Positions 1-11,685 of a stretch of DNA of 49,480 bases are shown piece by piece. Made by a program: the position numbers and the translations under genes. Source of the DNA: Octopus bimaculoides (lineage: Eukaryota). The stretch covers positions 5,010,251 to 5,059,730 of the forward strand of contig NC_068981.1 of assembly GCF_001194135.2 (NCBI RefSeq). The letters run 5' to 3'. The notes beneath the pieces were generated by a model. The model was not told the DNA's origin. It saw only the letters and a program-made list of their open reading frames with translations, and did not search any database. Numbering within the stretch: the first letter of the stretch is position 1; each line of letters starts with the position of its first letter.

Positions 1-53
1 TTTATATAAATAGATAGATATATATATATATTATAGGCACAGGAGTGGCTGTA

Positions 54-88
<35 letters not shown>

Positions 89-93
89 TTATA

Positions 94-488
94 GGCACAG
101 GAGTGGCTGTGTGGTAAGAAGCTTGCTTCCCAACCACATGGTTTCGGGTTCAGTCCCACTGCATGGCACCTTGAGCAAGTGTCTTCTACTATAACCTCAG
201 GCTGACCAAAGCCTTGTGAGTAGATTTGAGCTTCTTTCAAACTGAAAGAAGCCCATCATATATATGTGTGTGTGTGTATGTATTTGTGTGTCTATGTCTG
301 TCCCCACCACCATCGCTTGACAACTGATATTGGTGTGTTTACGTCCCCGTGACTCAGCAGTTCGGCAAAATAGCCCGATAGAATAAGTACTAGGCTTACA
401 AAGAATAAGTCCTAGGGTTGATTTGTTCAACTAAAGGCGGTGCTCCAGCATGGCCACAATCAAAATGACTGAAACAAGTAAAAGAATA
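94..488 (+). mobile_element. tRNA-derived SINE, family A (near full length)
   Basis: A-box-like TGGCTGTGTGG, B-box-like GGTTCAGTCCC, CORE-like GGCACCTTGAGCAAGTGTCTT, internal (TG)n and tail GACTGAAACAAGTAAAAGA. Many partial copies on both strands, e.g. 2296-2470, 2860-3355, 6895-7050, 15290-15510, 24680-24880, 25228-25625, 28270-28575, 35170-35345, 37150-37300, 48510-48840. Confidence 0.85.
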
Positions 489-799
489 TATACGTATATG
501 TATTAATGTATCAATACATACTCACTTTATCTGTAGTTTAATAAGGCTACCAACAATAATCAAACCTGCCACAAGATATCCCCATAACTTGGCAGTTCAG
601 CAAAAGAGACCAATAGAATAAGTACCAGGCTTAAAAAATAAGTACTGGGATTGATTCATCGGACTAAAACTTTTCAAGGCAGTGCCCCAGCATGGCCGCG
701 GTCAAATGACTGAAACAAGTAATTGATAAAAATGTAAAAGATGAGATTTTTATGTAAGAATTTTAGCTTTAAAACAGGAAGCTGGTATCATGCAACCAG

Positions 800-1710
800 A
801 GATGGTCTCAGGTAGTTTGGTATTAAAAGGGTTGATTGGTATTCTTGTGGCACCAGAGATAGCTGTGATGGAAGATTGACGGTGTTTAAACTATAAAGCT
901 TCATTCGTAAGTGTTCTGAGTTCAAGACAACTGAAGGCAAATGACTGCCAAAGTCAGATTCCGTAAGTCCTGTAACTCCTTTCAAACTAAAATGAAATCT
1001 GATATTAAAATCTGTAAAAAAGTTCTAAAAAGAAGTTTGTATTTTCTGATAAGACTAATAACTTATATGAAATTACTAATGGTTTATATGACAAGTTGCT
1101 AAAAGGCACCATTTCCACTAAATGTAAGAAATCCAACAGAGAGAGGTACTATGATATTAATGATGGCTTAATTTCTCACTAAACATAGTCATTTTGATGA
1201 TAGATTAGAATGCTTAACTATGAGAGAGGCGTTTAATACTATAAAAGACCATAAACCTAGTTTTCATGATAATCCTACTTGTTGATTGCTAAATCCAGCA
1301 AGATCTGAAATCGGGCAAATAGCTAAGAAAATACTTAGAAACATTTAACAACAAAATTAGAGAAATTACTGGGCTCCAACAACGAAATAAACAGTTTCAC
1401 TGTAATAAATTGGTTTAAGAACATTTAGAAGAAGAATAAGGCAAAATTTACCCAGTTTGACATTATCAGCTTTTATCCCTCTATATCTAGATCGCTGTTT
1501 GATAAAGCCATTGAATTTGCTAAATCACATGTTGATATTGACCCTGTAGACCTAGATTTTATCAGCCACGTGAGGAAAACACTATTGTTCAGTAAAGGAC
1601 TAGCATGAATAAAAAGAAAGTCACATAGTGACAAACTATTTGATGTATCTATGGAGTCATCTGATAGTGCTGATGTCTGTTATCTTGTGGGTTTGTTTGT
1701 TATCTGATTC
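800..1710 (+). mobile_element. Decayed Penelope-like element reverse transcriptase fragment
   Basis: Frameshifted peptides DKTNNLYEI, IKDHKPSFHDNPTC*LLNPARSEIGQIAKKIL, KAKFTQFDIISFYPSISRSLFDKAIEFAK and FDVSMESSDSADVCYLVGL resemble PLE RT motifs. Confidence 0.85.
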
Positions 1711-1929
1711 TTTTAAGTGCTTCATTTCTGGACACATACATATATTTGATAGATTGCTGACATTTATCAAAGATTTTCTCCATTGTGTTGATGTGCCATT
1801 TTCTATCATTAATGAAACTGTTGGCATTTTTGATGACATGGGTATACTAGTTTGAAATAACTTGCTACTGAAGAGTAGTGAGGATCAGCTGGACTCTCCA
1901 TTGAACAAATGAGTCAGGACTCAGAAAGA

Positions 1930-2125
1930 GAACTCTTGGCAAATATCAGAAGCTGCAGTATTTTGGGCGTATCATCAGAGGTTGAGTCAATGGGGGAAAT
2001 AAGGTAGAAGAGGCCGAGAAGAAAACACTGGAATGGACTAAAAGACTTGGTCAGTGGCAGGAATCATTTGGAGAGTGATGGTGTATGTGGTCATGGTCCC
2101 TGATCCTCAGCAATGAGGATGGGAA
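1930..2125 (+). mobile_element. RTE-type LINE 3' remnant
   Basis: LQYFGRIIRG...KRPRRKHW-like peptide; similar to the fragment at 45385-45590. Confidence 0.55.
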
Positions 2126-3895
2126 TAGACAAAACCAACTCTCTTAAACTTCCAGAAACCTCTTTAAAACAATACTTCATCAAATATTAAAAAAGAAAGT
2201 AACACCTCACTAATGATTGTAATTAGCTGTAATTAGTGTTGTTGCCTTTTTTATGAGAGTCTTTGTAATAATCTTTCCCCTTCACTGCCAAACCATTGGG
2301 ATTATCTCAGGGATGGTTAAGATGTTTGCTTCCCAGCCCCATGGCCTTCGGTTCAGTCCCATTGTGTGATACATTGGGCAAATGCTCTGGACCTAAAGCC
2401 TTGTGAGTGGAGTAGGTTGATGGAAACTGAAAGAAGCCCATGATATGTTAGTTTGTGCATGTATGTATGAGAGATGGTGCATGCGTTCATAGCCCTAAGC
2501 CTCAGCTCTCTCTCTCTCCCCTGCTCTGCTCCCTCTCTCTTTCTCCCTATGTTCCATCTTTCTGCTCTCCATCAGCTTCCCCCTTCTCTCTATACTCTCA
2601 TCAACCCCACTCCCCATCTTAATCTATTACTGAAACATTACCACCACCACCACTACTAATATTATCTAAATGTTTAATCGATACCATAAACATCTGTTAT
2701 TAGATTCTGCTATCTTTTCTGTTTCTATAGATTTACTGTTCAAACCAGATTTCAAAGAGATTTACCAGTCTTTCACATTTTTTTTCTCCATCCGATGTCT
2801 GTCTGTCTGTCAACATCATTTAATATCTTGTTTCCGCTTTCTCTTCAAATGTCTCAACATTCGGCTGTGTAGTTAAGAGGCTTGTTTTCCAACCATGTGG
2901 TTCTGGGTTCAGTCCCACTGCACCTTGGGTGTCTTCTGCTACAGCCTTGGACTGACCACAGCTTTGTGAGTCGACTTAGCAGATGGAAACTGAAAGAAGC
3001 CCATCAGTTATATATTCTTTTATTCTTTTACGCGTTTCAGTCATTTGACTGTGGCCATGCTGGAGCACTGCCTTTTAGTCAAGCAAATCGACCCCCAGGA
3101 CTTATTCTTTGTAAGCCTAGTACTTATTCTATCGGTCTCTTTTGCTAAACTGTTAAGTTACAGGGACGTAAACACTCCAGCATTGGTTGTCAAGCGATGG
3201 TTGATGGTGGTGGTGTGGTGGGGAACAAACACAGACACAAATACACACACAAATATACACACACACACAACTGGCTTCTTTCAGTTTCCATCTACCAAAT
3301 CCACTCGCAAGGCTCTGATCAGCCTGAGCTATAGTAGAAGACACTTGTCCAAGGTGACTGAAACTTCAAAGTTACTGTCAATAATATTCTTGTTTAAGAA
3401 TGATAAGCTTGTATTCTAGAAAAGCATAGAGGAACCCATCAAATTAATGTAAAATTGTTTTTATTATAACTGAACAGAAAAACAAACATTAACAATCATC
3501 ATCATTTAACGTCCGCTTTCCATGCTGGTATGGGTTGGACGATTTGACTGAGGACTGGTGAACCAGATGGCTGCACCAGGCTCCAATATGATCTGGCAGA
3601 GTTTCTACTGCTGGATGCCCTTCCTAACGCCAACCACTCCGAGAGTGTAGTGGGTGCTTTTACGTGTCACCCGCACNNNNNNNNNNAACCACTCCGAGAG
3701 TGTAGTGGGTGCTTTTACGTGTCACCCGCACGAAGGCCAGTCAGGCGGTACTGGCAACGGCCACGCTCAAATGTTTTTTCACGTGCCACCAGCACAAGTG
3801 CCAGTAAGGCGATGCTGGTAACGATCATGCTCAAATGGTGCTATTTATGTGCCACTGCAATATATATATGTATATACATTACACATCATGTTTGA

Positions 3896-3972
3896 GGCTC
3901 TGATGAAACTGTAAGATGTTACGCACTCAACTATGCATCCACCACATCTTATAGTGGAAACAGCTGTAAGCT
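3896..3972 (+). ncRNA. Type I hammerhead ribozyme motif (PLE-type), core intact
   Basis: GGCT-CTGATGA-A-[ACTGTAAGATG...CATCTTATAGT]-G-GAAA-C-AGCT-GTA-AGCT. Stem I GGCT/AGCT, 11-bp stem II, palindromic stem III ACAGCTGT, predicted GUA cleavage after 3968. Confidence 0.7.
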
Positions 3973-4689
3973 AATGAAGTTTATAAGATAATCGTTTATT
4001 CCTTTGTCTTCTCCTCTTCCATACAGGGTTGGCCAAAAGTCACCTGACAGTAAATCAAAACCATTCCAAGATCTATTTGTGTTTAACATCATCATTATCA
4101 TCATCGTCGTTTAATGCCTGCTTTCCATACTGGCATGGGTTGGATAGTTTGACTGAGGGCTGGCAAGCCAGATGGCTGCACCAGGCTCCAATCTGATCTG
4201 GCAATGTTTCTACAGCTGGATGTCCTTCCTAGTGCCAACTACTCCAAGAGTGTAGTGGTAATAAAAGGGTTAAAATGATCTAAATTTAAAAACCTATCAA
4301 AATTTTGCCTTATTTTATGTTCTAAGCACCAGCTTAATAATTGCAATTATGAAATTATTCTTCGTTATTTTAAAGATGAACTGAAACAAAACCTGGATGT
4401 TTCCACAGAGTTCTGGTAAAGAACGGTTAAAAATCATACCTTGATGTTGATTGGCTTCTCCTAAAATAAGACTGAATTTTCTGATATATTTGTCTGCAAA
4501 TTCTCTGGCACCAACAATCGCTATCTGAAGCTTGTAGTTCTTCATATATTCAATTACCCAAGATGGCTTCTCCGTTCCCTCTCACAGTTTTACAGTGAAG
4601 CTGAGTCAGGGACTGTGAAGAAGGACCTTCAAAATCACCTTTTCTGGTTCATACATCAGACTGCTCACCATCATCATCATCATCATCAT

Positions 4690-5016
4690 CATTTAACATT
4701 CATTTTCCATGCTCGCATGGGTTGGATGGGTTGACAAGAGATGGCTTGCCAGAGAACCACACCAAGCTCCAATTGTCTGTTTTGGTATAGTTTCTCTGAC
4801 TGAATACCCTTCCTGATGCCAACTACTTTACAGAGGTAACATTTATCTCCACTTTAGTCCACTCTGTAAGGTGGTTGGTATTAGAAAGGGCATCCAGCTG
4901 TAAAAACCCTGCCAAAACAGACAGTGAAGCCTGGTGCAGGCTCTTGCCTCGCCATCTCCTGTCAAACCATCCAGCCCACGCCAGTATGGAAAACAGACAT
5001 TAAATGATGATGATGA
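4690..5016. mobile_element. Two diverged family B copies, head-to-head inverted
   Basis: (CAT)n-led minus copy at 4690-4835 and (GAT)n-tailed plus copy at 4862-5016. Confidence 0.7.
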
Positions 5017-5337
5017 CTTAAATGTAGATGTTCTGTTGGAACAAACTATACTGTAGTATATACCACGAGATAGCGTGTTGTAACAGAACAAATATGTTTT
5101 TCAGTGGGGATAAATATTAACTCCCAAGATTAATCCTGCTTCTGATGCTGATATATACTTCACAGTATGGGTGCTTTTCATGTGGCAATAGCAGAGGTGC
5201 TTTTGACGTGGTATTGGTACCAGTGGGGTCAGCAAGTAACTTGCAAGACCTCTTGGTTGAGAGAGGACCCGTTTCTATTGTTGTTGCTCATTGTAGGGTA
5301 GGCTGTACCAGATGTTGTATTTTGGAGATTTCACATC

Positions 5338-5545
5338 TTAACCCTTTAATATTTAAACCGACCCTTTCCAGCCCAAATACTCTACCCGTTTTATGTTCAA
5401 AGTGGTCAGATCTGGCCTCTCACACCTACCTTACAATGTCATCCTAAAAATAAACAATCACATCATCAACATCTCAAAGCTGCAAAATAAAAAACAAAAT
5501 TAATTCAAAACAATATGAATTCATAAGCCTTACATTTGGAAGTGT
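5338..5545 (+). mobile_element. TTAA-flanked MITE (piggyBac-like termini), partial
   Basis: Starts TTAACCCTTT. The body GATCTGGCCTCTCACACCTACC...ATCTCAAAGCT recurs at 41856-42418 and, inverted, at 45055-45240 ending AAAGAGTTAA. Confidence 0.6.
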
Positions 5546-5669
5546 TGTAATTTCCAGCTGGTCGTTAAAAACTTCTCAATGAGGATAATTGAAAGACCCA
5601 ACATATTGACTGTCTGGCTAATCTTTCTAATTTAGTTATCAGTTTAGTGATTACGTCCAGACAAAGCCT

Positions 5670-5775
5670 GAACTGTCATCATCACAACCATCACCCTCAT
5701 CATGACCATCACCACCTTCATCATCATCATCATAACCATTATCATTTCCACCATCATCATCACTATCATCATCAA
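5670..5775. repeat. (CAT/CAC)n degenerate trinucleotide repeat
   Basis: Direct inspection; it produces the His-rich ORF 5647-5841. Confidence 0.9.
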
Positions 5776-6164
5776 GGATCTCTTATCTCTCTATTATTCG
5801 TATGGATTAACATTTCTATCTCTTCTCATCCATTTCTATGATTGATCATCATCATTTCTTTTGTAAGCCTAGAATTATCCCTAATTACACTTAATTACAT
5901 TCCTGGATCTGTGTCGGTGATCTGTTCTTCTACATGCATTAACACCTCATTCGGTTCTATCATCGTTTTGAATGTCCACTTTTCCATGCATGAATGAATC
6001 AGGCATTAAATGAGGGTAGACATGTTTTTTTATACGCAACCCTTTAAATGAACAACTCGTTTACAATTGTCACTTCAGGTCAAAATAGGGACACACACAA
6101 ACATACACTCAATCACACCCATGCATTTTATACCCTATATCTGTCTAGCTTATATGTAGTTGAA

Positions 6165-6330
6165 ATTTGTAGAGAAGCAAAAGACGAAGACAGGTGTATG
6201 AACCACAAGCAGGTGTATTAGTTTGATACTTGGGGAAAGTGAAAAAGTCTTTTACATTTCGAACCTATGCTCTTTCAACAGAAAGGAATAAGAGGAAATA
6301 AACAGAGAGAAAGAAAAAAAAACTTGTGGA
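6165..6330 (-). mobile_element. PLE-terminus-like repeat with a degenerate hammerhead (6248-6286)
   Basis: Minus strand CCTTT-CTGTTGA-AA-GAGC ATAG GTTC-GAAA-TG-TA-AAAGA; the downstream AAGACT...AAACTAATAC architecture is shared with 29413-29520. Confidence 0.45.
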
Positions 6331-6789
6331 TTTAGTGGTCAAGCATGGCGACTGATTAGAAAAAGCTTGTTGGCCAAATGCGTTTTTTTAAAAAATATTT
6401 TTGCTTACAATAGCCAGTTCTTTTGGTCAAACTATCATATCTCCAGCTGCTTCAGATGCCAAGATATCAAAAATTGTTAAAGTTGTAGTACAACGGTTTT
6501 GCTATGGAATGGTGAAACTATTTTTGTTTTCTGAAAAAGCAACATTTTGGACTTACGACACTTAGCCATAATGACACGTAAAAAACACCATCCAATTGTG
6601 GCCGATGCCAGCCCCTCTGGCCCCTATGCCGGTAGCATGTAAAAAGCACCCACTACACTTTTGGAATAGTTGACATTAGGAAGGGCATCCAGCTGTAGAA
6701 ACACTGCCAGATCAGACAGGAGCCTGGTGCAGCCTCTTGGTTTCCCAGACCCCAGTCGAACCGTCCAACCCATGCCAGCTTATGTATAT

Positions 6790-6790
6790 A

Positions 6791-6884
<94 letters not shown>

Positions 6885-6895
6885 TGTGTATATAT
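6790..6895. repeat. (TG)n/(TA)n microsatellite
   Basis: Direct inspection. Confidence 0.95.
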
Positions 6896-7199
6896 ATGAC
6901 ATGCTGCTTTCAGTTTCTAAATTCAACTCAAAAAGCATTGATAAGTCTTGGGCTATTGTAGAAGACACTTGTTCTATGCTACACAGTGGGACTGAACCTA
7001 AAACCACATGGTTGGGAAGCAAGCTTCTCAACCACACAGCCATGCCTGCAACTTACAGTTTTAGAGTTGAAGAATTTCTGTTTCTTCTGTTATAAATGTG
7101 ATTTCAGATCAGCCCCAACCCTATTGCCGTTTGTGAGTTGAATGAATGTGTGTCCTGAAAGCTTATTTGGCCAACCTCATCATATTTTGTTTTGACTTC

Positions 7200-9197
7200 A
7201 GCCCATAACTGTGTCACTGTGTTGCTCTTTGACTATTAACTGCATTTTTGTTTCGATGTTAACTGCATTGCTCATTCACTGTTAACCCAGTTACTGTTCA
7301 CTGCGATACTGTTACAGTGTTAACTACATTGCTGTTCTGATGTTAAACATGTTACTGTTTCAGATTCCGATAGATTGTTGTTTCCATGTTGACTGCGTTG
7401 CTGTTTGTGTGTTGACTATTTTGATGTTTCAGTGTTCACTGCCCTTCTCTTTCAATGTTCACTACTCTTTTCTTTCAGTGTTCACTGATCTTGTCTTTGT
7501 TCACTGTTAGTATCTTTCAGTGTTCACTGCGCTTCTCTTTCAATGCTCACTGCTCTTTTTCAGTGTTAACATCTCTTCCCTTTCGGTGTTGACTGCTTCT
7601 CTCTTTCAGTGTTCACTGGTTCTCCCTTTCAGTGTTTACTGCTTTTCTCTTTCAGTGATGAGAGCTTCACTCTTTCAATGTTGACTACTTCTCCCTTTCG
7701 GTGTTCACTTCCTTCTTTCTTTCGGTGTTCACTTCCTTCTTTCTTTTGGTGTTCACTGCTTCTCTCTTTCAGTGTTGACTGCTCTTCTCTCTTTCACTGT
7801 TCACTGCCCCTCTTTCAGTGTTGTCTCTTTTATTCCTTCAGTAATAACTATTTGAATCTCTCAAACTGCTTCACTCTTCTTATATGCACCTCTTTGCATT
7901 TTCAGTCTTTTACTGTCGATCTTAACCCTGTCACTCTTTGCCTTTTATCCCTCTCACTCTTTGCCTTTTATCCCTCTCACTCTTTGCCTGTTATCCCTCT
8001 CACTCTTTGCCTGTTATCCCTGTCACTGTTACATTAACTTTGAAGCTGTCTTCATTTCAATATTTTCATTTAGCATTGGAAACAGATTCTATGCCTCTAT
8101 TCTCTTCTCTTTCTAAGCCAGTCACTATTTTAAAGGTTGTTCTATTGTTTCATTGTTAGCTGCTGCTTTTCTAATGTTAATCCAGTCACTCTTTCCTTAT
8201 TCACTGCTTCACTATTTCAGTCTTCACTGAATCAATGACTTGTTTTAAGTGTGTCACTGTTTTATTGACGTTAGATCTATTATTGCTTTCATGTTAGTTT
8301 TGTTGATGTTATGATCTAAAGCGATTTCTCCTTTTAATGTTTCCATTTTATCACAGTTGTCTTTTTCATATCCCGGTCGTCATTTCCATGTTATGTCATT
8401 CATTGTTTTGGAAGAAGTTACCCCAGTCAGCATTTTGAAGTTTGCCCAGTTGTCATTTTGAACTTTTGCCAGTTCTTGTTTGGAAGTTACCCCAGTCTTC
8501 ATTTCAAAGTTAATCATCATTGTTTTGAAATTATCTCAGTTGTCATTTCAAAGCTACCCTAGTTGTCATTTTGAAGTTATCCCAGTTGCAGTTTCAAAAT
8601 TATCCTAGTCGTCATTTTCAAGTTATCCCAGCCATTGTTTCCATGTTATCCCAGTCACTGTTTCAGTATTAACTGCACCACTTTTTTAATGATACCTGTA
8701 TTGCTGTTTGATACTAGCCCAGTCACTGTTTCAATGTTCATCCACTCAATTTTATTATGTTAACCCACTTTTGTTTTGATGTTAACTGTGTAACTGTTTC
8801 AACGTTAACTCTGTTACTGTTTTATTGTTAAATGCATTGATGTTAACCCATTTACTGTTTCAATGTCAGCTGCATTACCATTTTTGTTATTTACGTTCTT
8901 GTCTAAATGTTACCCCATATGCTGTTTCTATGCTCAACCACATCTTGTTGCCATGCTAACCCACTTGCTCTTTCCATGCTAACCCACTTGCTCTTTCCAT
9001 GTTGACCCACTTGCTCTTTCCATGTTAACCCACTTGCTCTTTCCATGTTAATTCACTTGCTCTTTCCATATTAACCCACTTGCTCTTTCCATGTTAACCC
9101 ACTTGCTCTTTCCATGTTAACCCACCTGCTCTTTCCATGTTGTCCCACTTGCTCTTTCCATGTTAACCCACTAGCTCTTTCCATGTTGACCCACTTG

Positions 9198-9231
<34 letters not shown>

Positions 9232-9528
9232 TGCTAACCCACTTGCTCTTTCCATGTTGACCCACTTGCTCTTTCCATGTTAACCCACCTGCTCTTTCCA
9301 TGTTGACCCACCTGCTCTTTCCATGTTGACCCACTTGCTCTTTCCATGTTAACCCACCTGCTCTGTCCATGTTGACCAACCTGCTCTTTCCCGTGTTAAC
9401 CCACCTGCTCTTTCCATGTTGACCCACTTGCTTTTTCCATGTTAACCCACTTGCTCTCTCTCTCGTTGACCCACTTGCTCTTTCCATGTTAACCCATTTG
9501 CTCTTTTCCGTGCTGACCCACTTGCATG
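7200..9528. repeat. Minisatellite array, about 23-nt period with a drifting unit sequence
   Basis: Units CAGTGTTCACTGCCCTTCTCTTT (about 7430-7880), TCTTTGCCTTTTATCCCTCTCAC (7935-8025), GAAGTTACCCCAGTCAGCATTTT (8410-8660) and CCATGTTAACCCACTTGCTCTTT (8950-9528). The array runs into an N gap. Confidence 0.92.
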
Positions 9529-9820
9529 GNNNNNNNNNNNNNNNNNNNNNNNNNNNNNNNNNNNNNNNNNNNNNNNNNNNNNNNNNNNNNNNNNNNNNNN
9601 NNNNNNNNNNNNNNNNNNNNNNNNNNNNNNNNNNNNNNNNNNNNNNNNNNNNNNNNNNNNNNNNNNNNNNNNNNNNNNNNNNNNNNNNNNNNNNNNNNNN
9701 NNNNNNNNNNNNNNNNNNNTCCATCTAACTTGGGTTAGAAAGTGCAGCAGGATGCAACAAGCCAGAGGACTGTGTCTTGCTCCGATGTCTGCCGTAGCAT
9801 GTCTGTGCACCCTTCCTTAA

Positions 9821-10441
9821 TACAGGGTGGGGCAGAGAGGACGGACGTTTTTGAAAAATTCACAAAAATCATTAATTTTAGCTGCAAACAAATTTTATTG
9901 ACATCGATGTGTTCATATTCAATTAGCATTTGTCAAAATCAAATGTGGAAAGCAACATCCATCATGTGATGTCCGTTTTCATTTTTCTTTTACTTGTTTC
10001 AGTCATTTGACTGTGGCCATGCTGGGGCACTACCTTGATGCATTTCTGAAGGTGTTCTTGGAAATTGACCTCCACTCTCTCCAGCATTGCTCTGTCGACC
10101 GCCCCCACCGGTCTCCTATTCATTAGTGTACTTCGTTTACAAAGTGCATTCACCCAACATAAGATTGTGTTATGGGTGGGAACAGCCTGATTTCGGTGAA
10201 TGTTTAAGTGGCACCGAAACTCACGCTGAACTGTTGTGACAGACTCATTATTCTTTACACAACTGTCGTCGGCAAACACACAATACTCTATCGTCCACAG
10301 CACCATGGCTTCACCTGAAAAACAAAAAAAAAATGCTAAGACACCATGGACCAAATGGTACATGTCGGACATATGTCCCTCCACCTGGGGCTGAGGAATA
10401 GCCATTTTAAAACCATCCGTCTTCTCTGCCCCAAACCTGTA
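9821..10441 (-). mobile_element. Internally deleted Tc1/mariner-superfamily DNA transposon
   Basis: TIRs TACAGGGTGGGGCAGAGAGGACGGA / TCCGTCTTCTCTGCCCCAAACCTGTA with TA ends. Minus-strand N-terminal HTH-like peptide NESVTTVQREFRCHLNIHRNQAVPTHNTILCWV is fused to the C-terminus MLERVEVNFQEHLQKCI...GHHMMDVAFHI*. A SINE A tail is inserted at about 9985-10035. Confidence 0.85.
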
Positions 10442-11059
10442 CAAACTTTTTCACAGAGTGTACTGAGTGGGGTTTTTTATGGCACTGTTGTCACTTGAGT
10501 GTTTGTTGGTCAGGTTTGTGGTGGTGGCAGGTTGAGTTGATGAATGAAAATATGTTTCTTGGGCTGCGTGAAGAAGTGACTGAATGTCACCCACAAACAT
10601 TCAACAGAAGATTTTATTGTCGCACATAAAAACAAACTGCATTGGTCTTTTATAGATAACAACAGCAATAATTACAGACTGGGAGACAGGTACTGCTTGG
10701 AGTTTATAGCAAGCTGTTGATACTGAAATATGTGGCTTGCTCAACATAACTGAAATTGTACTATATTCACGGTGAAGGACAGGGGATTGGAAATGGTGGG
10801 TGAGTGGGTGGATAAATTTGTAAGAGTATTAAAAGGGGTTAAAGATGGGGCTGGTGATGAATGTAGTGAATAAAGGGGGAAGTATATTTGTAGTTGTGGA
10901 TGTGCATAGGAGTGTATGTGTGTTTCTATTACCTTGTCTGGAAATTTGATGTTGGTGTGTTTATGTCCCCTGTGACTTAGTGGTTTGGCAAAAGTGATTG
11001 ATAGAATAAGTACCAGGCTTTCAAAATAACAACTACAGGGGTTAATTCATTCGACCCTG

Positions 11060-11650
11060 CAAGCCATGTGAGACCATAACCCGTGGCCTATGCCAGGGGT
11101 GTAACCAGCCCACTTATGCGTACCTTTCGTTCATTGGACACTAAACTCTGCTTGCAAAGACCTGTTGAGCCAAGTGAAATCGGAATCGAATTCAATGACA
11201 GCACCGCCTGACTGGTATCCATGCTGGTGGAGCGCTAAGAGCACCATCCGAGCGTGATCGTTACCAGTGTCGCCTTACTGGCACTTGTGCCGGTGGTATG
11301 TGGAAAACACCATTTGAGCATGATCATTACCAGCTTCACTTTACTGGCACTTGTGCCAGTGGCACGTGAAAAGCAACATTCAAGCGAGGTCGCTGCCAGT
11401 GCTGCTGACACCTAAAAAACACCATTTGAGTGTGGCTGTTGCCAGTATCGCCTGACTGACCCTCGTGCCGGTGGCACGTAAAAACACCCACTACACTATC
11501 ATAGTGGTTGGCATTAGGAAACTCTAGCTGTAGAAACTCTGCCAGATCGGATTGGAGCCTGGTGCAGCCATCTGGCTCATCAGTCCTCAGTCAAACCGTC
11601 CAACCCATGCCAGCATAGAAAGCGGATGTTAACCAATGATGATGATGATG
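11060..11650 (+). mobile_element. Family B non-autonomous retroposon-like repeat, longest copy
   Basis: 5' head, internal tandem subunits of about 60-70 nt, GGCATTAGGAA(GGGCATCCAGC)TGTAGAA module and (GAT)n tail. More than 25 partial copies occur in the window, e.g. 3500-3860, 12670-12882, 19545-19800, 24890-25180, 33265-33560, 35990-36272, 43490-43870, 47826-48135. Confidence 0.85.
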
Positions 11651-11685
11651 ATATATATATATATATACATCATTGCTGTTTATCA

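Noticed and set aside
4315-4650. 76-aa minus-strand ORF and adjacent open frame
   Set aside because: No recognisable domain or convincing splice sites; probably an unidentified transposon remnant.
9071-9724. 217-aa repetitive ORF on the minus strand
   Set aside because: Read-through of the 23-nt minisatellite plus Ns; no splice signals or homology.
11200-11490. CRISPR-like repeat/spacer appearance of the palindromic subunits
   Set aside because: Intervening sequences are homologous rather than unique, there are no cas genes, and the context is a eukaryotic intron.
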